Of a stretch of 10,956 nucleotides of DNA, positions 1 to 8,271 are shown piece after piece. Below the pieces are notes generated by a model, which did not search any database, was not told where the DNA came from, and saw only the letters and a program-made list of their open reading frames with translations. This stretch comes from Myxococcota bacterium (GTDB taxonomy: Bacteria; Myxococcota; XYA12-FULL-58-9; JALHOP01). Both the position numbers and the translations under genes were made by a program. Location of the stretch: NCBI GenBank assembly GCA_041288095.1, contig JBGGMJ010000008.1, positions 1 to 10,956 of the forward strand, given 5' to 3'. The stretch's first letter is position 1. Each line of letters begins with the position of its first letter.

Positions 1-1900
1 CGTTGGTCGAGTAGCTCAGCGTGCCGTCCAAGCGAACGGCGGGGCGCTCTTGGAGGGCCGCGAGCAGCCAGGTCTCGCCGCCGCCGGCATAGTGATCGAG
101 CGGCGTGAGCTGCACCGAGCTGAAGATACCGAGTGCCCGCAGGCGTCGTGTCGCGGCGCCGACCGCGACGACGTCGAGCGGATCGCCTTTCGATAAACCG
201 AGCTCCTGTTCGATGAGACCGCGGTTGGTGCGGAAGTCGCCGCGTACCAAGAGACCGCCATAGCGGCTGCGGTCGTTGGGGCTAACGCGATAGACGATGC
301 GCACCTGGCCGCCGGTCTCGGCGTCGGGGCCGTCGATCACCTGTTCGACCTCGGCGAGAGGATAGCCGTCGGCGGCGAGCAATGCGGAGAGCATGCGCTT
401 GTCGTCCTCGGCTTGCTCGGCGACGAAAGGCTGGCCGGTGCGAGCCGTCAGACGCTTGTGTGCGAGCTGGGCGTTCGGCGTGTCGGGCAGGCCGTTCAAG
501 GCGACGCTCTCGATAGTGCGCCGCGGTCCCTCCGCGATGGCGAACGTCAGCTCGAGCTCGCCCTCGCCGATGACCTGGATGCTGGTGCCGACTTGGGCAT
601 TGGCGAAGCCCTGCTGGAAATAGTACTCGCGCAATACCGCGATGTCGTGGTCGGAATACGAATAGACCCAGCGCTTCGAGCCGGTGAGCAACAGTCCCGC
701 GCTTTCTTCGAGCCAAGCTTTGTCGAAGCTGTCGTTGCCCGTAAAGACGACGCGTGTGAGCTTGGCTTTGGGACCCTCGACGATCTCGAAGATCGCCTCG
801 GCGACGGTCTTGCTCACCGAGCGCAGGCGGCCAACGACTTGGACGTCGTAGTAACCGTCGCGTTGGTAGCGCTCACGGATCTTGTCCGCCATGTCCTGCA
901 CCGTGCCGCTATCGACGGACTGGGCATCTTCGAACGTCGACTCGTCCAGCAAGTCGTCATCGTCGATCGCCTGGTTGCCGACGAAGGCGATGCGCACGAT
1001 GGGGCCGCTCTCGATCTCGAGGGTGACGTTGGCGAGCTCCGTGCTGTCGTCGAGGTCGTAGGTTCCCTTCACGCGTGCCTGCGGCCAGCCACGGCGTTGC
1101 AGCTTACGCGCGAGTCGCTCCAGGTCCTCGTTGAACTCCGCGGGTTGGAAGTGGATGCGCAAGAGCGGCAGCCAGTAGTGGGTGAGGTAGTCACGCGCTT
1201 CGTCCTCGGTGAGGAGCGGCGTTCCGGTGATGTTGATCTTGCCGAGCCGGTACTTCTTGCCGTGGCTCAGCCGCGCCTGCACGTGGACCCCGGCGTTGGG
1301 CTCGGCGCCACTCTCGGAGGTGATTTCGAGGTCGACGTCGGTGGCGAAATACCCGGCGTCCTGGAGGTAATCGTGGACGCGCTGTGCTTGGCGATCGAGG
1401 CTCTCGTTCTGTGCGTCGAGCAGCGCGCCTGGGCGCAGATAGAGGCGCTGCTTCACGTCGGAGCGCAAGATCGACCACGGCAAGTCACCCGAGACCGCAT
1501 TCGAGTAGACCATTTGCTTCTGCGTCAGATCGCACGAGATGCGCATGTGACTCTTGTCGACCGAGCAGCGCGCTGTCTCGAAGTAGCCGAGCCGCATGAG
1601 ATGCTCGTGGAAGTAACGGATCGTTTGGCCGTCGAACGGCGGCTCTTGCATGTTCCCGGACACGACGATGCGCGAGCATAGGCGACGCCATTGGCGGTTG
1701 ATCTCGACGCCGATGAGGCGGAGCTGAATCTCGCCATCGAGGTGCGTCGCGCTCTTGCCGTTCGGATGGAGGCCGCAGTGCGAGTACTTCTCGCCCTCCG
1801 CGAGCTCGGGGAAGGTATTGGCGGGTTGCGGTGGCTCCTCCGCTTTGGCGGTCAGAGGCGCCGCTGCCAGCAGCAGCGCTATGACGAAGGGGCGCGGCAT
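1..1900 (-). CDS. Omp85-family (BamA/TamA-like) outer membrane assembly protein with seven POTRA-like domains; 3'-truncated by the window edge
   Basis: Hand translation from ATG at 1900 (1-bp TGATG overlap with the tamB stop) is open for 633 codons to the window edge. N-terminus MPRPFVIALLLAAAPLTAKA/EE is an SPI-type signal peptide. Repeating POTRA hallmarks: RIAFVGNQAIDDDDL, YQRDGYYDVQV, FEIVEGPKAKLTRVVFTGNDSF, YFQQGFANAQV, TFAIAEGPR, and a last-POTRA-like LVRGDFRTNRGLIEQEL...RRLRALGIFSSVQL...LQERP followed by a probable first barrel strand (LDGTLSYSTN). Adjacent to tamB. The barrel itself is outside the window. Confidence 0.9.
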   Translation of the reverse strand, partial: MPRPFVIALLLAAAPLTAKAEEPPQPANTFPELAEGEKYSHCGLHPNGKSATHLDGEIQLRLIGVEINRQWRRLCSRIVVSGNMQEPPFDGQTIRYFHEHLMRLGYFETARCSVDKSHMRISCDLTQKQMVYSNAVSGDLPWSILRSDVKQRLYLRPGALLDAQNESLDRQAQRVHDYLQDAGYFATDVDLEITSESGAEPNAGVHVQARLSHGKKYRLGKINITGTPLLTEDEARDYLTHYWLPLLRIHFQPAEFNEDLERLARKLQRRGWPQARVKGTYDLDDSTELANVTLEIESGPIVRIAFVGNQAIDDDDLLDESTFEDAQSVDSGTVQDMADKIRERYQRDGYYDVQVVGRLRSVSKTVAEAIFEIVEGPKAKLTRVVFTGNDSFDKAWLEESAGLLLTGSKRWVYSYSDHDIAVLREYYFQQGFANAQVGTSIQVIGEGELELTFAIAEGPRRTIESVALNGLPDTPNAQLAHKRLTARTGQPFVAEQAEDDKRMLSALLAADGYPLAEVEQVIDGPDAETGGQVRIVYRVSPNDRSRYGGLLVRGDFRTNRGLIEQELGLSKGDPLDVVAVGAATRRLRALGIFSSVQLTPLDHYAGGGETWLLAALQERPAVRLDGTLSYSTN

Positions 1901-4900
1901 CAGTCGCCGATCAGCCGGTAACGCATCTCGAGGCGGTTGTCGCTGCGGGGCCGTACCACGGAGTTATCGGTCACGACGCTGTTGCCCTGCGCCGCCTGCG
2001 CGATGGCTTGCAAGAACCAGCGGTTGGCGAGGACGAAGGTCGCGGTCGCGACGTTGAGGTTGGTGCCGCTCGCCTGCAGCGCGCGCTGCACGGAGCCCTC
2101 GAGTCGCAGGCGCGGTGTCAGCTCCTTGCGCGCGGTGACCCGCACCTGGTCGCTGGTGAACGAGGCCGACAGGTCGACCTCGAGGTTGATGCGATCTTCG
2201 AGCTGGTTCTCGACGAAACCGGTGAGCGGGCCGGTGACCCCCGCGCCCGCCAAGGCGATTGCGGCGTCGACCTCGGGTGAGGTGCTGTTGCCGCTGGCGG
2301 TGCCGGTGGTGCTCGAGCCGTAGAAAAGCTGGTCGAAGCCGGCCTTGCCGGTGATCAGAAGCGCCAAGGTCTGATTGCGGTCGAGGCCTGGAGACGCCGA
2401 CAAGTCGAACTGCATCTCGGAGAGCGTCCCCGACAAGGTCATCGACACGAGATAGATCTCATCGGCGGTGGAGTCTTCGCCTTTCGCCGGCACCTCGCCT
2501 TCGGCGACGAGCTGGATGTTGGCGCCTTCCGAGACGGCCAGCCCCGGTGTGAAGCTCACCAAGGTTTCCTGGACGGTGAGGGTGGCTTCCGGGAACTTGA
2601 TGGTCCCGGCCTGCGCGGTGATGCGCCCACCCATGCTCGGCGAAAGCGGTGTGCCGCGAACCCGCAGATCGAGCTGGAGGGGGAGGGCGATGGCGAAGGC
2701 GCTGGCGTCCACCGCGACCTCGACGTCGTCGCGGCTGGTCGCGCGCAGGTCGAGCTCCATGTCGGCCAGGAACGGCATCGTCTGCGAAAGCGGAGCCGAA
2801 GTGTCGGGCTCCCTGCCGACGAAGTTGAAATCCTTGAGCGCGAATTTCTTACTGTAGCGGCCGGTGAGGACGACGATGTCGCCCGAGACGTCGGGTACCG
2901 CGCCCTGTCCCGAGAGCTTGAGGTCGGCATCGGCTTGCACGCGGAGCTCGCGGCTTTGGAATGCGAGCTTCGACCCGAGCAAGCGGACGTCGTAGCTGTC
3001 GGGCTTCCAGGCCTTCAAGCCGATGCGCCCGCGCACCTCGAAGGTACCGGTCTCGAGCCGACCCTTGAAATCGCTGATGACGACGTTGTCGCCGGCCAAG
3101 GCGATGCGTCCGCTGGTGACGACGAGCTCTTGCGAGATGCCGCGCGGGCGGCACCGCACCTCCTTGGCGATGCTGAGCTCGCCCGTGAGCGACGGACTCG
3201 CGAGCTTGCCGCTCGCCTTCGCGACCACGTGCAAGATGCCTGTCGGCTCGGAGACGGCGGTGACGAAGGGCCCTAGGACCGCGAGATCGAGATCACCGAC
3301 CATGTCGCCGCTGAGGTTGCCGTCGCGAACATTGCCGCTCACGGTGACCGTGCTGCCGGCGCCTTCCAAGGTGAGTCGCGGGACGCTGACGTTCGTGCCC
3401 TGGAAGGAGATGGTCGACGGTTGCGCCAACTGTACCGTCTGGGTGTCGACGCTCGCGGCGAGCTTGTTCAAGGTGAGCGTCCCATCGACCGTGCTGGGTG
3501 CGCTGTAGCGGACATGGGTGTTGCCGCTCAAGGTGAGGTCGTAACCGGCCTTCGCGAGCTTGGGTGAGAACGCCGACGCCCGGAAGTCGTCGAAGTTGGC
3601 GTGGAGCTCGGCGGCGGGACCTCGGCGCGGCCAGAAACGGAGATCCGCCGTCAGGATTTTTCCGAAATCGACGCGGGCGTCGTAGCGCTCGTCTGGAGAG
3701 TCCGTCGTCACCGCTATGGTGATGGTGTTGGTCGCGGGGGCGACGCCGTCGATGGTGATGGCCGAGATTTCGAGGTCCGCTTTGACGGCCGGATACGGCA
3801 GCTCACCGTGGATGTCCGCGGTCGCCACGAACTTTCCGTCGAGGGGCAGGTCGACCTTCGCCGCTTTCAGAGCGCTCGCGAGGCCTACGTCGCTCACCGC
3901 CACCTTGCCGTCGAGCTGGCCCGTCGCCGGCGTGAACCCGGCGTCGACGTCGGCATTGCCGAGCGGGCCACGCAGCTGCGCCGCGAGCCGCAGGGCCTGG
4001 GCCTTGCCTCCCGCGATCTTGGCCTCGCCGATGTCCGCCGTCAGTGTGCCGATGGCGACGTCACCAGAGGCGAGCTCGCTCACGCGCACGTTACCCTTGA
4101 TTTGGGGCGTTGCCGCCGGGCCGCTCACCGTGAGCTTTGCTCCGATGATGCCACGGAGCGGCACGTCGGGAGCGGTGAGCGCGAGGACGGCGGCGAGAGG
4201 CAGCTCGCTAACGGTCAGCTCGGCGTCCACTTGGGTGCTCGCGAAGGCGTAGCGACCCTTGCCTTGCAAATCACCCCCGTCCTTGGGGTCGAGCGCGACC
4301 TCGCGCACCTCGACGTGATCGGGCGTGAGCACCGCCACCGCCCTTGCCTTGGTGAAGGCGATGCCGCGGGCGGAGAGCTCGTCGACTCCCAGCGTAAGCT
4401 CGCCACGGGGCGCTTGCAGGGTGCCGCCGAGCTGTCCGTCGATGATGAGCTTGCCTGACGCCTTGTCGTTGGTGAGCGCGGTCAGCGAGACATCGTGCGC
4501 AGTGACCTTGGCCGCGAGAGGCATGGCATGAAGCGGGCGCCCGCGCTCGTCCATGACTCCGACGGTGCCGTCGATGACCACCTGGCCACCGCCGATGCCG
4601 ACGGTCGCCGCGCTCAGGGTCACGACTCCACCTTCGATGCGCAGCGGCGCACGCACGCTCGCTGGCCCCACGTCTTGCACGACGACGCCCTGGGCCTCGA
4701 GCAAGGCGTCGGCCACGAGCCGCGACACGGTGCCCTTGGCCTTGGCGGTGAGCACGAGGCTCTCGACTTCCAGGGGCGCGTCGGCTCCCGCCTTGGCGAG
4801 CGTCGTCGCCGGCCTCTTGTGTGTCAGCGTCAGGGTGGCGTCGATCGGGCCGGTGTCGGTGAAGGGAATGCGACCGTGCGCTTCGAGGTGCGCGCCATCG

Positions 4901-6255
4901 CCTTCCGCGGCGAGGCGCGCGACGTTCGCGTGCTCCGGTGTGAGATCCCCTTCGAGCTCGAGACGCAGTGGGTCGGGCACCAGCGGCAAATCGGCGGGCA
5001 GGCCATCGGCGCGTACGTCGGCCTCGATGTGCGAGGAGAGGTCGATGAGGCCTTCGCCGCGTGCCTTGACGCGTCCGCTCAAGCGTTTGGGCAACGTCGC
5101 GTCCACGCCGGCGAAGACCCGCACTGCTTCGGCGAGGGGAAAGCGCTCGAGATCGATGACCAGGTCGTGAGCCATGGGCGGCAAGAGCTCGAGCTCGCCA
5201 CTGACATTGGCGCTGCCTCCCTCGACCGCGGCGTGCAGGCGCTCGATGTCGATACGGTCGCCCTTGATCGTGCCTTCGAGCGTCACTGCCTCGATGGCGA
5301 GGCCGGACACGCTCGCGTCCGTACCGCGCACCGACAGTTCGACGTGGTTGCCGTCGCTCGCGGCATGCAACGCGAGCTGGCCGCGCCCCGCGAGGCCCTT
5401 CGGCAGGATGCTCCGCAGCAGCGGATGCTCGAGCGGCAGCGTCGCGTCCGTGACCAAGGTGCCTCGCGGCAGCGACCCTTCGGGAAAGTGTAGGTCTCCG
5501 CTGGCGTCGACAGTGAGGCCGTCCACGATGACCCGCGCCTTGTCGGCTGCGAAGCCGAGCACGTCGCCGATGTCGATCTCGAAGGCTTCGGCGTGCACCC
5601 GCACTGGACCGCCGTCGTAAGCGAAACCGTCGGTGGTGAGCGCGAAGCGCGGCGCTTCGACGTCGCCATCGATGTCGAGGAGGTCGCCGCGCATGCCGAA
5701 CGCCACATTTTCGATATGGCCACCGGAGACCACGATCTTGGTAGTGCCGTCGTCGTAGACGAACTCGACGCGATCGAGGGTGGTGCCGTGAAAATCGAGC
5801 GCGAGCGGCGGACCGTCGTCTTCGACGTCGGGCTCGGGCACGACTGGGCTCCTCGGCGTGAACGCCTCCGCGATGCCCAAGAGCATCGGGTCCTTCGCGA
5901 GAGCCTGCACGCGGATGTCGAGCCCGTGAGCCGCGATGTCATCGATGGCGAGGGTGCCGTGGAAGAGCGCACGCCAGCGCACGCGAGCATCGACGTGCGT
6001 CGCTCGGATCACCGGCCGGCCTTCGGGATCATCGATTGCGACATCGTCGATGACGAAGTGGAAGGGTAGCGACCACTGGATGCCCCCGACCTCGAAGTGA
6101 CCGGCGAAGAGCTCGTTCAGGTTGCTTTCGACGAGCTCGGCCAAACGCTCGTTCGAGAGGTAAAGCTTGGCGCCGACGACCGCGATGACCGCCAAAGCGA
6201 ACACGCCCACGATGGTCCAGAAGACCATCTTGAGAATGCGCTTGATGATCCTCAC
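1900..6255 (-). CDS. tamB: Translocation/assembly module TamB (AsmA-like, DUF490 C-terminus) inner-membrane-anchored periplasmic bridge protein
   Basis: 1451-aa ORF, GTG start with AGGGG 6 nt upstream. Basic N-terminus plus one hydrophobic anchor (MRIIKRILKMVFWTIVGVFALAVIAVVGAKLYL), AsmA-like start (LFAGHFEVGGIQW...IDDVAIDDPEGRPVIRA), long Gly/Ala/Val/Leu-rich amphipathic beta region, TamB-like C-terminal motifs (DADLKLSG, LDLRVRGTPLSPSMGGRI, LSASPGLDRNQTLALLITG), ends RLEMRYRLIGD. Next to an Omp85 gene. Confidence 0.9.
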   Translation of the reverse strand: MRIIKRILKMVFWTIVGVFALAVIAVVGAKLYLSNERLAELVESNLNELFAGHFEVGGIQWSLPFHFVIDDVAIDDPEGRPVIRATHVDARVRWRALFHGTLAIDDIAAHGLDIRVQALAKDPMLLGIAEAFTPRSPVVPEPDVEDDGPPLALDFHGTTLDRVEFVYDDGTTKIVVSGGHIENVAFGMRGDLLDIDGDVEAPRFALTTDGFAYDGGPVRVHAEAFEIDIGDVLGFAADKARVIVDGLTVDASGDLHFPEGSLPRGTLVTDATLPLEHPLLRSILPKGLAGRGQLALHAASDGNHVELSVRGTDASVSGLAIEAVTLEGTIKGDRIDIERLHAAVEGGSANVSGELELLPPMAHDLVIDLERFPLAEAVRVFAGVDATLPKRLSGRVKARGEGLIDLSSHIEADVRADGLPADLPLVPDPLRLELEGDLTPEHANVARLAAEGDGAHLEAHGRIPFTDTGPIDATLTLTHKRPATTLAKAGADAPLEVESLVLTAKAKGTVSRLVADALLEAQGVVVQDVGPASVRAPLRIEGGVVTLSAATVGIGGGQVVIDGTVGVMDERGRPLHAMPLAAKVTAHDVSLTALTNDKASGKLIIDGQLGGTLQAPRGELTLGVDELSARGIAFTKARAVAVLTPDHVEVREVALDPKDGGDLQGKGRYAFASTQVDAELTVSELPLAAVLALTAPDVPLRGIIGAKLTVSGPAATPQIKGNVRVSELASGDVAIGTLTADIGEAKIAGGKAQALRLAAQLRGPLGNADVDAGFTPATGQLDGKVAVSDVGLASALKAAKVDLPLDGKFVATADIHGELPYPAVKADLEISAITIDGVAPATNTITIAVTTDSPDERYDARVDFGKILTADLRFWPRRGPAAELHANFDDFRASAFSPKLAKAGYDLTLSGNTHVRYSAPSTVDGTLTLNKLAASVDTQTVQLAQPSTISFQGTNVSVPRLTLEGAGSTVTVSGNVRDGNLSGDMVGDLDLAVLGPFVTAVSEPTGILHVVAKASGKLASPSLTGELSIAKEVRCRPRGISQELVVTSGRIALAGDNVVISDFKGRLETGTFEVRGRIGLKAWKPDSYDVRLLGSKLAFQSRELRVQADADLKLSGQGAVPDVSGDIVVLTGRYSKKFALKDFNFVGREPDTSAPLSQTMPFLADMELDLRATSRDDVEVAVDASAFAIALPLQLDLRVRGTPLSPSMGGRITAQAGTIKFPEATLTVQETLVSFTPGLAVSEGANIQLVAEGEVPAKGEDSTADEIYLVSMTLSGTLSEMQFDLSASPGLDRNQTLALLITGKAGFDQLFYGSSTTGTASGNSTSPEVDAAIALAGAGVTGPLTGFVENQLEDRINLEVDLSASFTSDQVRVTARKELTPRLRLEGSVQRALQASGTNLNVATATFVLANRWFLQAIAQAAQGNSVVTDNSVVRPRSDNRLEMRYRLIGD

Positions 6256-6261
6256 GGGTCG

Positions 6262-6266
6262 CCCCT
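6262..6266 (-). promoter_or_regulatory. Putative ribosome-binding site of tamB overlapping the ABC-F stop codon
   Basis: Minus strand reads TAGGGGCGACCC-GTG; AGGGG is 6 nt upstream of the GTG start. Confidence 0.5.
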
Positions 6267-8193
6267 AGCCGCTGACTGCTTCCCAGGCCGAGTACAGAGC
6301 TGGGAGCTGCTCGTCGAGGCCACGACGTTCGTCGAGCAGAGTCTTGCTCTTGGCCACGTCGGCATAAACTTGAGGATCACAGAGCAGCGCGTCGATCTCG
6401 CGCATACGGGCCTCGTGCGTCCCGATCTCGGACTCGAGACGGGCGCTCTCCTTGGCTCGGCGCGTTGCTTCGCGTTGTTGTGACTTCTTTTCTTCACGGG
6501 TTATTTGGTTGCTCGAGGCGGAGGCCTCGCTATTGCGTGTCGACGCAGCGACGGGTTCGGGCATCAGCTCCCGGCGCTTCCACAGGTAATAATCATAATC
6601 ACCCACGAACTCCGTGAGTATTGACGGACCTTGGGGCCCAGGGCGCACTTCCACCAGCTTGGTGGCCACGCGGTCGATGAAGTAACGATCGTGGCTGATG
6701 AAGACGACGGTGCCGCTGAAGGCCGAGAGGGCGTCCTCGAGGACGGCCCGACTCGCCAGATCGAGATGGTTGGTGGGCTCGTCGAGGAGGAGGAAGTTAC
6801 CCGGCCGGGCCAGCATCATCGCCAGGACGAGCCGGCTCTTCTCACCACCCGAGAGCACGTCGACGACCTTGTCGACCGCGTCGCCGCTGAACAGGAAGGC
6901 ACCGAGGATGCCGCGCACGGTCGATTCAGCGGCATCGGGCATGGCCGCGCGCATGTGTTGCAAGACGGTCTGGCCGCGCTCGAGCGCATCCATCTGGTGC
7001 TGGGCGAAGTAGTAGGTCGCGACGTTGTGACCGATGTCGCGATTGCCGGCGTCGATGGAGAGGGTGCCGGACAGCATCTTGAGCAGCGTCGACTTGCCGG
7101 CCCCGTTGTCACCGACCAGGGCGATGCGATCGCCGCGGCGGATGTGGATGTCGACCCCGTCGTAGACGACGTTTTGCCCGTAGGCCTTTTTGACCCCGGT
7201 GAGACGCGCCACGGTGTCGCCCGAGCGGACAGGCTGCGGCAACGCGAGCTTCAACGAGCGGTGCTTGCGCTTGGGCTTGCCGGCTGTGGCCGCTTCAGCG
7301 GACAGCTTGTCGAGCGCTTTCTGTTTGCTTTGCGCCTGCGTGGCTTTGCTGGCCTTGGCGCCGAAGCGCTCGACGAAGCTCTTCAAGTGCGCCATGCGGC
7401 GCTCGCGATCCATGGCCTGCGCGGCGAGCTGCGCATCGAGCTCCTCACGCCCCTCGACGTAGTCGTCGTAGGTGCCGGGAAACACCAGCAGGCCGTCGGG
7501 GGTCAGCTCGGCGATGCTCGTCACCATCCGATTCAAGAACCAGCGGTCGTGGCTCACCACCACCCAGGCGCCCTCGTAGTCGGCAAGAAAGCCTTCGAGC
7601 CAGTTGAGGCTCGAGAGATCGAGATGGTTCGTCGGCTCGTCGAGGAGCAGTACTTGCGGTGCGTAGAGGAGCAAGCGCGCCAGCTCCGCGCGCATGGCCC
7701 AGCCGCCGGACAGGCCCGACATGGGACCCGAGAGCGTCTCCGGCTTGAACCCGAGGCCCTCGAGGATGCGATGCGCGCGCGCTTCGAGGCTGTGCGAGCC
7801 CATCCGCGATAGCGCGTCGATGAGCTCGACTTGCTCGTGCGCGAGGTCGGCCGCGTTCGCCGGGTCGCCCGCCGTGAGCTTGGCTTCGACATCGGCGAGC
7901 CGCCGGCGCGCCTGCATGATCTCGGCGCTGCCTTCGAGGACGTGCTCGAGGATGGTGCCGTGCGTCGCCCGGGTGACCTCTTGGGGCAGATAGCCCAGGC
8001 GAACGTCTTTTCCGAGGGTGACGGCGCCGCCGTCGCGCGGCTCTTCTCCGGAGATGATCTTGAGCAGGGTGGTCTTGCCGGCGCCGTTGGGACCGACCAA
8101 ACCGACCCGTTCGCCGTCGTTGACCGTCCAACTGACGTCGCTGAACAAGGTTCGCCCGCCAAAGCTCTTGGCGACGCGCGTGACCTGCAACAT
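6265..8193 (-). CDS. ABC-F family ribosome-associated ATPase (YheS/Uup-like, with C-terminal coiled-coil), about 642 aa
   Basis: Two ABC domains with no transmembrane segment: GPNGAGKTT / LSGGW / [11 protein letters not shown] / VSHDR and GDNGAGKST / LSGGE / [11 protein letters not shown] / ISHDR. Interdomain linker [25 protein letters not shown] resembles YheS-type linkers; C-terminal helical tail ([20 protein letters not shown]...LYSAWEAV). Start placed at ATG 8193 ([17 protein letters not shown], typical ABC-F N-terminus) because the 8490 start in the track overlaps purE; ATG 8217 is an alternative. Confidence 0.93.
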   Translation of the reverse strand: MLQVTRVAKSFGGRTLFSDVSWTVNDGERVGLVGPNGAGKTTLLKIISGEEPRDGGAVTLGKDVRLGYLPQEVTRATHGTILEHVLEGSAEIMQARRRLADVEAKLTAGDPANAADLAHEQVELIDALSRMGSHSLEARAHRILEGLGFKPETLSGPMSGLSGGWAMRAELARLLLYAPQVLLLDEPTNHLDLSSLNWLEGFLADYEGAWVVVSHDRWFLNRMVTSIAELTPDGLLVFPGTYDDYVEGREELDAQLAAQAMDRERRMAHLKSFVERFGAKASKATQAQSKQKALDKLSAEAATAGKPKRKHRSLKLALPQPVRSGDTVARLTGVKKAYGQNVVYDGVDIHIRRGDRIALVGDNGAGKSTLLKMLSGTLSIDAGNRDIGHNVATYYFAQHQMDALERGQTVLQHMRAAMPDAAESTVRGILGAFLFSGDAVDKVVDVLSGGEKSRLVLAMMLARPGNFLLLDEPTNHLDLASRAVLEDALSAFSGTVVFISHDRYFIDRVATKLVEVRPGPQGPSILTEFVGDYDYYLWKRRELMPEPVAASTRNSEASASSNQITREEKKSQQREATRRAKESARLESEIGTHEARMREIDALLCDPQVYADVAKSKTLLDERRGLDEQLPALYSAWEAVSG

Positions 8194-8271
8194 GGCGGCC
8201 GGTCTACCGATCTGCATGGTAAGCCGCAAGCGCGCTTGACCAGCTGGCGCGGCTCGCGCAAAGGACGTCCC
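8194..8271. promoter_or_regulatory. Divergent promoter region between the ABC-F gene and purE with a central 12-bp palindrome
   Basis: 78-bp gap between divergent starts. Perfect palindrome CAAGCGCGCTTG at 8227-8238. TTGACC (+, 8236-8241) and TTGCGG (-, 8229-8224) are -35-like; TAGACC (-, 8206-8201) lies 17 nt from the latter. Promoter function is inferred from position only. Confidence 0.55.

Noticed and set aside
413..1681. 422-aa plus-strand ORF
   Set aside because: Codon-for-codon antisense shadow of the Omp85 gene; no recognisable motifs, and long antisense ORFs are expected at this GC content.
1937..6069. Many plus-strand ORFs of 90-332 aa opposite tamB
   Set aside because: Antisense or alternative-frame shadows with Arg/Ser/Pro-rich or motif-less translations.
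6631..7812. 393-aa plus-strand ORF
   Set aside because: Antisense shadow of the ABC-F gene, whose frame carries all conserved motifs.
6265..8193. ABC-F as the ATPase energising TamB or MCE transport, or as an antibiotic-resistance ARE
   Set aside because: [12 protein letters not shown] tandem domains mark a ribosome-associated ABC-F, not a transporter ATPase; nothing in the sequence or context points to a resistance subfamily.
7831..8271. Long N-terminal extension of PurE (310-aa ORF), suggesting a fusion
   Set aside because: Extension is antisense to the ABC-F coding region; PurE homology starts at ATG 8272.
8194..8271. Purine or ZTP riboswitch, or PurR box, upstream of purE
   Set aside because: The gap is only 78 bp, must serve two genes, and shows no recognisable aptamer or PurR consensus.
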